Position numbers and translations under genes: made by a program. Source: an uncultured Methanosarcinales archaeon (lineage in GTDB: Archaea > Nanobdellota > Nanobdellia > Woesearchaeales > ARS49). Taken from it: 64,000 nt of DNA. The DNA lies in the NCBI GenBank assembly GCA_964572035.1, contig CAZNDX010000002.1:144056-208055 (forward strand), in the 5' to 3' direction. This document shows positions 48,452 to 56,520 of the stretch, piece by piece; position 1 is the stretch's first letter; the number at the start of each line of letters is the position of its first letter. Below the pieces are notes generated by a model. The model searched no databases, was not told where the DNA came from, and saw only the letters and a list, made by a program, of their open reading frames with translations.

Positions 48452-49411
48452 ATGACTCTATACAGCCTGAACAAAATAGACAAATGGGACAAAATAATAG
48501 ATATGGCTTTCAAAAACGGAGCCCAAGCGGCTGAAGGAGTCCGAGACACAAGAGCAAGAGACAAGCTCACAAAAAGCAAACACATAGAGTCAACAAGAAT
48601 ACAGGCGATAAGCAAGTCGCTCTGCAGAACACTGGACAACATAGTTCACTCATTTCCAAACTTTGACGGAGTAGACCCGTTTTATCAGGACTTAATGAAC
48701 TGCACGTTGGACGTTGGAAACCTGCGAAAAAGCCTCGGAGGACTAACCTGGGCCAAAAAACAAATACAAACACTGACTACGCAGGCGGTAACAGACATAA
48801 GAAAACAGGCCAAATTAGAATACATCAACAAAAGAAGAACCGCGTTCTTAGGTAGAGTAAGCAGTTTGATTAAACAGGTCAAAGTCAATCTCGAAAACTT
48901 GGAACAAGCCAGACTAATAATGAAAGACTATCCTTCCCTGAAAACGGGAAGGCCAACAATAGTAATCGCCGGAGCGCCAAACGTAGGCAAATCGACACTT
49001 TTGTCAGCCATAACAGGCGCGGAGCCAAAAACAGCGCCGTATCCATTCACAACACAACAACTGAATTTAGGATACGACAAAGAAGGCAATCAATATGTAG
49101 ACACCCCTGGACTTTTGGACAGGCCAATTGAAAAAAGAAACCCGATTGAAAGGCAGGCCATATTGGCGCTAAAACATCTAGCGAAACTCATAATTTTCGT
49201 TATAGACCCGACGGAACACTGCGGATATCCAATAAAAGACCAAGAACACCTGTTGAAAGAAATACGCAACATGTTCAAATTACCGATAATAATCGTTGCG
49301 AACAAAGCGGACGAAGGAAAAGAATACAAAAACGCAGTGCTTGTCAGCGCAAAAAACAAAACAGGAATAGACGAACTAAAAAAGAAGATAGATGAAGTTG
49401 TAAAAGAATAG
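48452..49411 (+). CDS. Nog1-family GTP-binding protein (archaeal NOG1-like GTPase)
   Basis: G1 GAPNVGKST, G2/G3 FTT...DTPGLLD, G4 ANKAD; N-terminal helical Nog1-type domain. Confidence 0.85.
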   Translation: MTLYSLNKIDKWDKIIDMAFKNGAQAAEGVRDTRARDKLTKSKHIESTRIQAISKSLCRTLDNIVHSFPNFDGVDPFYQDLMNCTLDVGNLRKSLGGLTWAKKQIQTLTTQAVTDIRKQAKLEYINKRRTAFLGRVSSLIKQVKVNLENLEQARLIMKDYPSLKTGRPTIVIAGAPNVGKSTLLSAITGAEPKTAPYPFTTQQLNLGYDKEGNQYVDTPGLLDRPIEKRNPIERQAILALKHLAKLIIFVIDPTEHCGYPIKDQEHLLKEIRNMFKLPIIIVANKADEGKEYKNAVLVSAKNKTGIDELKKKIDEVVKE

Positions 49412-49870
49412 TTAATGCCTCACTTTCTCAGACCAATACCACAACGCGCAGCCAAGAACAATATAAATTCCTGCCAAAAGCCACGCGCTGGGAACATATT
49501 CCTGAACCCATTCTTTGACAAAAGGCGCTTTTGAAAAATAGCCGAGCAACTGCGCTTTTCGCATAGGACCCATAAATGAAAAAACAACCGCTAAAAAACC
49601 AGGAATCAAAGTCATAAAACCAAGAGCTCGAAGCGCGACCTTTTTTGACTTTGTGAAAATATAAACAATAAAAAAGCTGACAACAATCAAAACAGAAGCG
49701 ACAATCAAAGAATTCCTCGCCCCAATTAAATCAAACGGAGAAAAAACAAGAGGAATCAATGGAATCAAAAGCGCAAGACCTGCGAAGTAAATAATCTTTG
49801 CAACTGTAGTAATTATCTCATAAATGGCGAATTCCCAAACCTTCCTTTTAATCTTCTTTTTGAACGTCAT
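49412..49870 (-). CDS. membrane protein (4 TM)
   Basis: 152 aa hydrophobic; last gene of the minus-strand surface operon. Confidence 0.5.
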   Translation of the reverse strand: MTFKKKIKRKVWEFAIYEIITTVAKIIYFAGLALLIPLIPLVFSPFDLIGARNSLIVASVLIVVSFFIVYIFTKSKKVALRALGFMTLIPGFLAVVFSFMGPMRKAQLLGYFSKAPFVKEWVQEYVPSAWLLAGIYIVLGCALWYWSEKVRH

Positions 49871-49874
49871 AGAA

Positions 49875-51341
49875 TTATGTAACAGTCGGCTTATTTATAG
49901 GGTAATCGTGCGCAGCTTTCCAGCAAATATCAACTCTATTAGAAGTTTTGCTTTTAAGCGTAAAAAGAAGATAATCGGCTTTTCCTGACGCGAAAGGGTT
50001 CGATTCAAATAAAAGACCGTCACGCATAGGATAATTATGCTGCTGTGAGATTAAAGTTCCAAATAATTCTCTTGTCGGCTGACTCGCGAAAACAACCTTC
50101 AAATTAGTTGAAGTCACAGGACCAAAAGGATTCACCAAATAAACACTGGCGAACAAAGTCGGCTGACCTGCCGCGTTTAATTGTACAATGTTATACTGCC
50201 ACGGGTGAAGCAGTCCAAGGTTAAAACTCGCCTCGTTTCCAGTAGTATCTACCCAAGTTGGCGGACAAATAAATGATGTACTGACTTGCTGAACACATAA
50301 ATCGCCCTGCCTGACAAAACCAGGATCGCAAACAATTGTGCAATTTGTACAAATCGCGTTCGCAGGAGTTGTAGAAGGGCCATCACACTCTTCAGCGCCT
50401 TCTCTTACGTTATTACCGCAATATTGCTGAACTGGAGGCTCCTCAGACACAGAAGGAATGCAAGAACAGTTTTGGTTGCAAAAGCCAGCGGTGCCATTAA
50501 CGTTACTGCAGGCATAAATCGCGGCAGTCGGAGGCAAAGAACTCATAGGGTTGTAAGGCGGCTCGCAATCCTCTCCAACTTCCAATCTATTGTTACCGCA
50601 AACTTGAACAGGTGTTGGAACGCAAGACTTGCAGTCATTAGCGCAAACATACTGAACTGAAGAGCCTAATGAAGGCTTAACTGATGTTTGAGATATAACT
50701 GAAGTTTGACCTGTCTGAGCAGAAATAATCGAAGAGCCATTAGCTGTTAATTGTTGAATAGGACAAAGCTGTCCAGGAGGATCGCAAACTTCCTTTGAAG
50801 AAACAAAACTGTCGCCGCAAACGCCAACCTGTTCAAAAGCGCCCAAAAGCCATTTCGCCCCATTACAATCCCACAACTTGCTTCCCTGAGCATTATATCC
50901 ATTGTCAGCGCACCAATAAACAACAACATAATTCAAGCCAGCAGGGAATTTCTGAGGATTAACAGGAACAGAAAACACTGCCTTATTCATATGCCATTTA
51001 TTTCCCTTCAAAACACCGCTTTGTGAAGGTTCAGAAAATCTCTGATCCCACATATTATATTGACGATTAAACTCATACATCGTTCCAAAAATGTAAAGTT
51101 CGCGAGTATCCGAAGCAGGACGTTCAACAGTAACCTTAATTGTGTCGCCTGATTTGACAAATTCAGGAGTGATATCGGTATATTTTAACGGAGCAGCCCA
51201 ATTTGGAAACGCGCCAATAGGAATTCCGCCAAGCGCCATGCCAACGGCCGCTTCACCAGGGCGATTTGGTTCTGGAGGAAACTCCTGTCTTTCGCAGGCA
51301 AACAGAAATAAAATGATGAAAAGAAAAACAAAACGCTTCAT
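49875..51341 (-). CDS. lipoprotein, paralog A, with shared N-terminal domain and Myxococcus-type Cys-rich repeats (CGNN...E.GE.C)
   Basis: Signal + Cys (LFLFAC-E); conserved domain ...NWAAPLKYTDITP...NYVVVYWC...WDCNGAKWLLGAFE; repeats VQVCGNNRLEVGEDCEPP and QYCGNNVREGAEECDGP. Confidence 0.75.
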   Translation of the reverse strand: MKRFVFLFIILFLFACERQEFPPEPNRPGEAAVGMALGGIPIGAFPNWAAPLKYTDITPEFVKSGDTIKVTVERPASDTRELYIFGTMYEFNRQYNMWDQRFSEPSQSGVLKGNKWHMNKAVFSVPVNPQKFPAGLNYVVVYWCADNGYNAQGSKLWDCNGAKWLLGAFEQVGVCGDSFVSSKEVCDPPGQLCPIQQLTANGSSIISAQTGQTSVISQTSVKPSLGSSVQYVCANDCKSCVPTPVQVCGNNRLEVGEDCEPPYNPMSSLPPTAAIYACSNVNGTAGFCNQNCSCIPSVSEEPPVQQYCGNNVREGAEECDGPSTTPANAICTNCTIVCDPGFVRQGDLCVQQVSTSFICPPTWVDTTGNEASFNLGLLHPWQYNIVQLNAAGQPTLFASVYLVNPFGPVTSTNLKVVFASQPTRELFGTLISQQHNYPMRDGLLFESNPFASGKADYLLFTLKSKTSNRVDICWKAAHDYPINKPTVT

Positions 51342-52252
51342 TGCTTCACAAGGTCAGACGGGTACTTCTTCAAATACGCGTCAATAACCTCCTTATTCGC
51401 ATCATTGCCGTAGGTTTGCACGTAAATAATTTTTTTACCACTGGTCCAAACCGCAATTCTATGATTCTCAACAGATTGGAACAACGCCAAATTATTTCCA
51501 CTATGGAATTTCCATCCTTCCTTAATTATGTCGCCAAAGAATGTTTTCGCGGTAAACATAACGTCTTCCCTGTTATCGAAATCAAACACGTGCACAAGAA
51601 CAGTCAAGCCGCCACCTTCTGGGGTAGTGTATTTCGCGTCATAACGCACACATTCAACTTGATGTCCTCCGAACTCATCATACTCGGCCAAAGTTCCAGA
51701 CATTGTGAAAGGAGTAATTTCGCTTACAACAATCTGAGGAATATTCGCTGATTCAGGAATCTTAACAGCAGCGGTGTCCTCGAGGTTAAACTCCAAAAGC
51801 ATCCACTTGTTGCCGTTGCATTCCCACGCCGCGTCAACTTTTGTACAGCCGTAAACTACGACAAAATTTTTGCCAGGAGTGAATTTCATTTCAGAGATGT
51901 CGACGCTGCCGACAGCGCTTCCCTGAATCCAACTCTGAACTTTTTTACCTGAAAGGTCAAAACGCTCCCAAGTTCTTGAATTAGAATTGAAAAGGTAAGC
52001 TGAAGAATAAACATAATCATAATTAGTAACTGACAAAATCGCGCTATCGCCATATTTAACATCAAGAGGAGTCAAAGTCGCGAATTTCGCCTGAGCTGCC
52101 CAAGAGGGCATTCCTGCAGCCATGCCCGCAATTGCCTGACCGGCAACACTTCCGCCAGGAGGCGGAGGACTTGGCGGCAATTCATCGCCACACGCAGTAA
52201 GAAGTAATAGTGAAACCAACGCCGTAATTAGTGCAAGCCTTCTCATAGTCAA
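51338..52252 (-). CDS. lipoprotein, paralog B (shared N-terminal domain, distinct C-terminal domain)
   Basis: LLLTACGDELPPSPPPPGG lipobox + Pro-rich; ...SWAAQAKFATLTP...NFVVVYGC...WECNGNKWMLLEFN aligns with paralogs A and C; ATGA overlap. Confidence 0.7.
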   Translation of the reverse strand: MTMRRLALITALVSLLLLTACGDELPPSPPPPGGSVAGQAIAGMAAGMPSWAAQAKFATLTPLDVKYGDSAILSVTNYDYVYSSAYLFNSNSRTWERFDLSGKKVQSWIQGSAVGSVDISEMKFTPGKNFVVVYGCTKVDAAWECNGNKWMLLEFNLEDTAAVKIPESANIPQIVVSEITPFTMSGTLAEYDEFGGHQVECVRYDAKYTTPEGGGLTVLVHVFDFDNREDVMFTAKTFFGDIIKEGWKFHSGNNLALFQSVENHRIAVWTSGKKIIYVQTYGNDANKEVIDAYLKKYPSDLVKQ

Positions 52253-52283
52253 CCTCTTTTTTGTTTTATAACGGCACTGCCAT

Positions 52284-53129
52284 TTATAAAGGTTTACTTG
52301 GCGGCGCGTTCATAACTTCATTAATAATATCATCAGACCAACCGGAAGCTTTAAGGTGCATCTTCAGCGTTTCAAGGCGATATCCTTGCTTTTGATAATT
52401 TATCAAATACTGTTTGAGCAAACGCTTAGACTCCTCTCTCTCGTGCTTTCTTTGAATGATGAGTGAAGCAAAATAACCGCAAATGATTAACAAAATGAAA
52501 ATGGAAAGCGAGACGCTCAAAATTGTGTTCCATTTTATTCCGTCTTGAAGTTCCTGCGCGTTAAACGGCATCTGCTGCTGCGGAAGTCTTCTCATTTCAT
52601 TTTGCAACGCCTGAACAGAACTCTCAAGAGCGGAAATTCTCTGATCAAACGCGCCAACATTTCTCGCCATGGCTTCAGCGTCATTAACACGCTGTTCAAG
52701 CATAACAAGAGAATCAAGCGCTCTTAGTTTAAACTCAATGGCTTCCAATCTCGCCTCAATTGAAGAGGCGCTGGTAGTTGAAGGAGCCTGACCAAGAATT
52801 TGGGAAACATCACTCGTGCCAGAAGAGCCAGCCGCGCAAGTGCGAAGAGTGCCGGGCTTGCTAACACTAGTTCCGCAATTATTTTTGTCAGTGCAAGTTC
52901 TTGTTTGCTGACCATTATAACAAGAGCTCCAAGAACCGCAATCCCAGTTTTCAGTACAAGACGGCTGGGAGGGCTGTTGTTGCTGAGAACCATCCATTCC
53001 AGGAGGAGATGGAGGAGCAGGCAAATCAGCGGCGGTAAGCATACCGGTAAAACTAGCGTAGCCATTAAGCAAAACAAGCCCAAAGGCCACGACGGCCAAA
53101 CTTAAAATCACTGCGGCTCTTTTTTCCAT
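52284..53129 (-). CDS. secreted/anchored protein with small disulfide module (CTENWDCGSWSSCYNGQQTRTCTDKNNCGT), coiled coil and C-terminal TM
   Basis: Signal peptide, Pro-rich segment, Cys module, heptad region (LEAIEFKLRALDSLVMLEQR...), TM SVSLSIFILLIICGYFASLII. Confidence 0.65.
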   Translation of the reverse strand: MEKRAAVILSLAVVAFGLVLLNGYASFTGMLTAADLPAPPSPPGMDGSQQQQPSQPSCTENWDCGSWSSCYNGQQTRTCTDKNNCGTSVSKPGTLRTCAAGSSGTSDVSQILGQAPSTTSASSIEARLEAIEFKLRALDSLVMLEQRVNDAEAMARNVGAFDQRISALESSVQALQNEMRRLPQQQMPFNAQELQDGIKWNTILSVSLSIFILLIICGYFASLIIQRKHEREESKRLLKQYLINYQKQGYRLETLKMHLKASGWSDDIINEVMNAPPSKPL

Positions 53130-53130
53130 C

Positions 53131-55422
53131 TTACTTCTCCTTGTGAACTATATTTAACAATGTTATGATAAATATTCCCAAAGACGCGATAAGAACAATC
53201 GCCAGTTGAGTTGCCTTTGAATTCGCGACATCATTTAGTGAGACAGCGCCTGTAATAGCCGGAACATTTGAAATTGGGAACTGAGGCTCAGCGAACTGAA
53301 CTTGGGACATGGTGGTTGGCTTGCAGGCGACTAGATATCTAGTCTGACTTGGGTCATTATAACAGAAATCATCCATATTTGATAATGAGCAAGAGCTTCC
53401 AACATTGGTTGGGCCAATACATCTATTATTAGGGCAACGAACTCCTTGAGAACCACTTGAAGAACATTCTAAGTGTTCTTGCCAAGAATACGCAGTAACG
53501 CTTGTAACGTCACCACATTGAGCGAGAACATAGGTATCAGGATTTCCACCTTGATCAACTTTTTTCGCTTCACCTTTAGTTGAACAAGATTTACCTAAGT
53601 CGTTTTCATTAATGTCTCCAGGAGGACAAGCTGCCGCACACATGGAACCTTGACATTGAGGAGTACTGCAAACGCCTTGAACGAGCCACCTTAAATCCTG
53701 AGGAACGGTAGGCCCGGAACCAGTCGCTTGAGCGACACATTGAAGCAGAGGAATGGTTCCGCTTCCAGTATAGCCACTAGAGTCGACGCAGTAATCTCCA
53801 ACTTGCGATGACGAACAGGAAGACCCAATTCCGACACTCATCGCTCCACAATCTCCTCTTTGAGAAGGACATGAAGGACCAGGGGGAATTGGAGCGCAGG
53901 CGCCAGAACTCTGCCAACTGTATGTTGTTGTGGACTGCACCTGACAAGTGTAAACATATTGATTGGCAAACGAACAGGTCTGGTTCAGACCAAAACACTG
54001 TCTTCCTTCAGGATCGCTTCCTGACAGCGGGCATTGAGTTGGGCACTGACCGAAAATCTGACCGCAAGTACTTGTTCTGTGCCACGCTAAATTCTGCTGA
54101 ACCTGAACACACTGGTTTCCTGATTTCGCGTAACCAGAATTGCAAGTGATTGTGCAATTAGAGGTGCATACTCCATTTGTAATGTTGCCGGGAGGGTCGC
54201 ACTGCTCAGTTCCGTTAATTATATTGTCGCCGCAGTAAAGTCCGGAAGTTTGATTAGTTTGATTTGACGCGTTTAATGAAGGGGTTGATGCGGTGATATT
54301 CATACTAAAGTCAACAAGCGCATATTCCGTCTGAACGGCAGTTCCAAACGTTGTTCCACAAGCCTTGTTGTCTTTGTTCTTGTAAACTTGCATTCTCATT
54401 TGGTAAATTCCCTGCGATAAATTTCTTGGAATTTCTAAGGAGCCCAGGAATACTGAAAGTTCATTATTTGGAAGATTAACATCTGAAACGTCAGAGAACC
54501 AGCCATTTGAAATTTCATTACCGGTTGACATATCGTGACCGCCGACAATAATGTTGTTCTGCTGAGCTGTTGGATTGCAATAACTTCCGGTTGGGGCGCT
54601 CAAACATTTAATCTGGGTTCTGAAGCAAATATCGGTGCCGGTTGGATTTGCCGCTGTGTTATTCACTCCGATGTAAACGTCATCTTTTTCACCTGCAATT
54701 GCAGGAGCCGGAAGCAAAATATCCGCTTTCTTACCGCTCGCCATAATCTGCGCTTCAAGAACTGCAGCTCTTTGCTCTTCAGGAGTCATACACATACAGG
54801 ATGAACAAGATTTTCCGCTTGAACAATCAGAATCGCGCTCGCACTGCTCGTCAGCGTCAAGATAGCCGTCACCGCAGTTAATCCTCAGAGGTTTGTACTC
54901 GAACGCGCCAATCTTCCACTTGCCACCTTCACAATCCCAAGTTCCATTCGCGACAGCCCTGCCGCAATAGTAAACAAGGAAAAAGTTCTTTCCATCGGCA
55001 AGGCGAGCATCCATTGTCAGCTCGAAAACGCCTTTGTCAAGCTTCCAAGGAGCGTTAGTCGCGGCTTGCGCTCCACTTAACGTGTTCGAAGCCGCAAGCT
55101 GAGTCCAAGTTTTTGACTGCGCGTTGTAAAAATATGCCTTATCATAAATAACGAATTGAGCTTGAGAGCCTTGATAGAAAGCAGGTTTTTGAGTTGTGAT
55201 GACTAGTTTTTCACCGGTTTGAAGAAGATCCTTGTTTATCGTAGTGTATTTAATCGGAGACGCCCAGCTTGGCACGGTTCCAACATCGGAAATTGCCCTT
55301 CCGTACAATTGCTCGCCACCGGGAGCTGGAGGATTAGGAGGCAAATCGAAAGAAGACTCTTGAACTTGGGAACAAGCGACTAAGGCTACCGCGAATAACA
55401 CTATATATAGTGACCGTTTCAT
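53131..55422 (-). CDS. large lipoprotein, paralog C, with shared N-terminal domain, extensive Cys-rich repeats and C-terminal TM anchor
   Basis: LVACSQ lipobox; ...SWASPIKYTTIN...NFFLVYYC...WDCEGGKWKIGAFEYK; repeats INCGDGYLDADEQCERDSDC and LYCGDNIINGTEQCDPPGN; C-terminal LAIVLIASLGIFIITLL. Confidence 0.75.
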   Translation of the reverse strand: MKRSLYIVLFAVALVACSQVQESSFDLPPNPPAPGGEQLYGRAISDVGTVPSWASPIKYTTINKDLLQTGEKLVITTQKPAFYQGSQAQFVIYDKAYFYNAQSKTWTQLAASNTLSGAQAATNAPWKLDKGVFELTMDARLADGKNFFLVYYCGRAVANGTWDCEGGKWKIGAFEYKPLRINCGDGYLDADEQCERDSDCSSGKSCSSCMCMTPEEQRAAVLEAQIMASGKKADILLPAPAIAGEKDDVYIGVNNTAANPTGTDICFRTQIKCLSAPTGSYCNPTAQQNNIIVGGHDMSTGNEISNGWFSDVSDVNLPNNELSVFLGSLEIPRNLSQGIYQMRMQVYKNKDNKACGTTFGTAVQTEYALVDFSMNITASTPSLNASNQTNQTSGLYCGDNIINGTEQCDPPGNITNGVCTSNCTITCNSGYAKSGNQCVQVQQNLAWHRTSTCGQIFGQCPTQCPLSGSDPEGRQCFGLNQTCSFANQYVYTCQVQSTTTYSWQSSGACAPIPPGPSCPSQRGDCGAMSVGIGSSCSSSQVGDYCVDSSGYTGSGTIPLLQCVAQATGSGPTVPQDLRWLVQGVCSTPQCQGSMCAAACPPGDINENDLGKSCSTKGEAKKVDQGGNPDTYVLAQCGDVTSVTAYSWQEHLECSSSGSQGVRCPNNRCIGPTNVGSSCSLSNMDDFCYNDPSQTRYLVACKPTTMSQVQFAEPQFPISNVPAITGAVSLNDVANSKATQLAIVLIASLGIFIITLLNIVHKEK

Positions 55423-55536
55423 ATCTCCTCTTTATACTGGATTTCTAGCACCCTGCAGTATTTAAATGTTACCAGCCAAAAATTATGACTTTTTTGTCGC
55501 AAAATGTTAAATTCTGGGTTGTCTTATTACTGAATA

Positions 55537-55554
55537 GTATGACAAATATGTCAT
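55537..55554. promoter_or_regulatory. perfect inverted repeat TATGACA-AATA-TGTCATA immediately upstream of SD/ATG of 55565 ORF
   Basis: Read directly; 7-bp arms, 4-nt spacer, ends 10 nt before the ATG. Confidence 0.45.
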
Positions 55555-55564
55555 AGGAGTAAAA

Positions 55565-55768
55565 ATGGCAAACGAAGAACAAATCGGATTCCATAAAGGC
55601 GCCCTAACGACACTTGCGAAAGAAAGACAGGAGCTTTCACGAATACTGCAAATCGTAGAGCAATTAATGCAGGCACACCTGAAAGCGCTAAAAGATATGG
55701 GCGTAGACCTAGAAGCCGAAGCCAAAAAGGCAGCGCCAAAACTTGAAGACGCTCTGAGAAAAGCATAA
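55565..55768 (+). CDS. small coiled-coil protein
   Basis: 67 aa, GGAGT SD 6 nt upstream; TAATG stop/start coupling with next gene. Confidence 0.45.
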   Translation: MANEEQIGFHKGALTTLAKERQELSRILQIVEQLMQAHLKALKDMGVDLEAEAKKAAPKLEDALRKA

Positions 55769-56508
55769 TGTACAATAACCAAACGCTCGGATATGAAAAT
55801 TTGAAAAACGATAATTATATCGCTAGAGAAATTTACAAATCACAGACATTTGGATACCAACCAATTCAACAATACTTCAGCTCATCACAAATTGAAAACG
55901 CGTACTTTGGAAACAATCAATACTTTTCACGCGGCGAAGACATACACAACGCGATAACAGACCTGTTTCTCGCGCCAAACAGACCAGCAACTCCGTTAGT
56001 TTCAGAATTCGGCGCGGTAAAAGAAATAACGGAAGAAACTTACAAATTATTGACAGAGCAGGATTTTCCACATGAATCGGTAAAAGTTTTTGTTCTGCCT
56101 GAACTTGCTTTCAAAAAAGTTTTTACTGCTACAGGAAATTACTGGAACGAAGGAATACAGGGATTCAGCCTAAACAGATACGGACACGGAATATCAGAAA
56201 TATTCATACGCGAAAACAACCTTGACTCAGTTCTGCTGACACTTGGTCACGAACTTGGCCACATTTTGTCAAAACCACTTCCAAATTTAAAAGATGAAGA
56301 AGCAAAAGCTCACGCGTTCAGCATAGCGTGGATGAACACAATAAGAGACAACAACATCTCAGGACTAAAACCAAACATAGTGTTGAACCCCGCGAAAAAT
56401 GGAATACACGATGCGGGATTAGAAATTGTAGACTATTTGATGAGCTCAGGAATAAGCGCGCTCGACGCGTTCAAAACACTGGCTCACGGACTAACAAGCA
56501 GAATCTAA
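55768..56508 (+). CDS. putative zinc metallopeptidase-like protein (HEXXH)
   Basis: LLTLGHELGHILSK contains HELGH; otherwise unassigned. Confidence 0.5.
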   Translation: MYNNQTLGYENLKNDNYIAREIYKSQTFGYQPIQQYFSSSQIENAYFGNNQYFSRGEDIHNAITDLFLAPNRPATPLVSEFGAVKEITEETYKLLTEQDFPHESVKVFVLPELAFKKVFTATGNYWNEGIQGFSLNRYGHGISEIFIRENNLDSVLLTLGHELGHILSKPLPNLKDEEAKAHAFSIAWMNTIRDNNISGLKPNIVLNPAKNGIHDAGLEIVDYLMSSGISALDAFKTLAHGLTSRI

Positions 56509-56520
56509 GAGGTAACAAAA

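Noticed and set aside
49975-50005. GGTTCGATTC T-loop-like motif suggesting a tRNA
   Set aside because: No matching acceptor/T-stem complementarity and it lies inside the Cys-rich lipoprotein coding frame.
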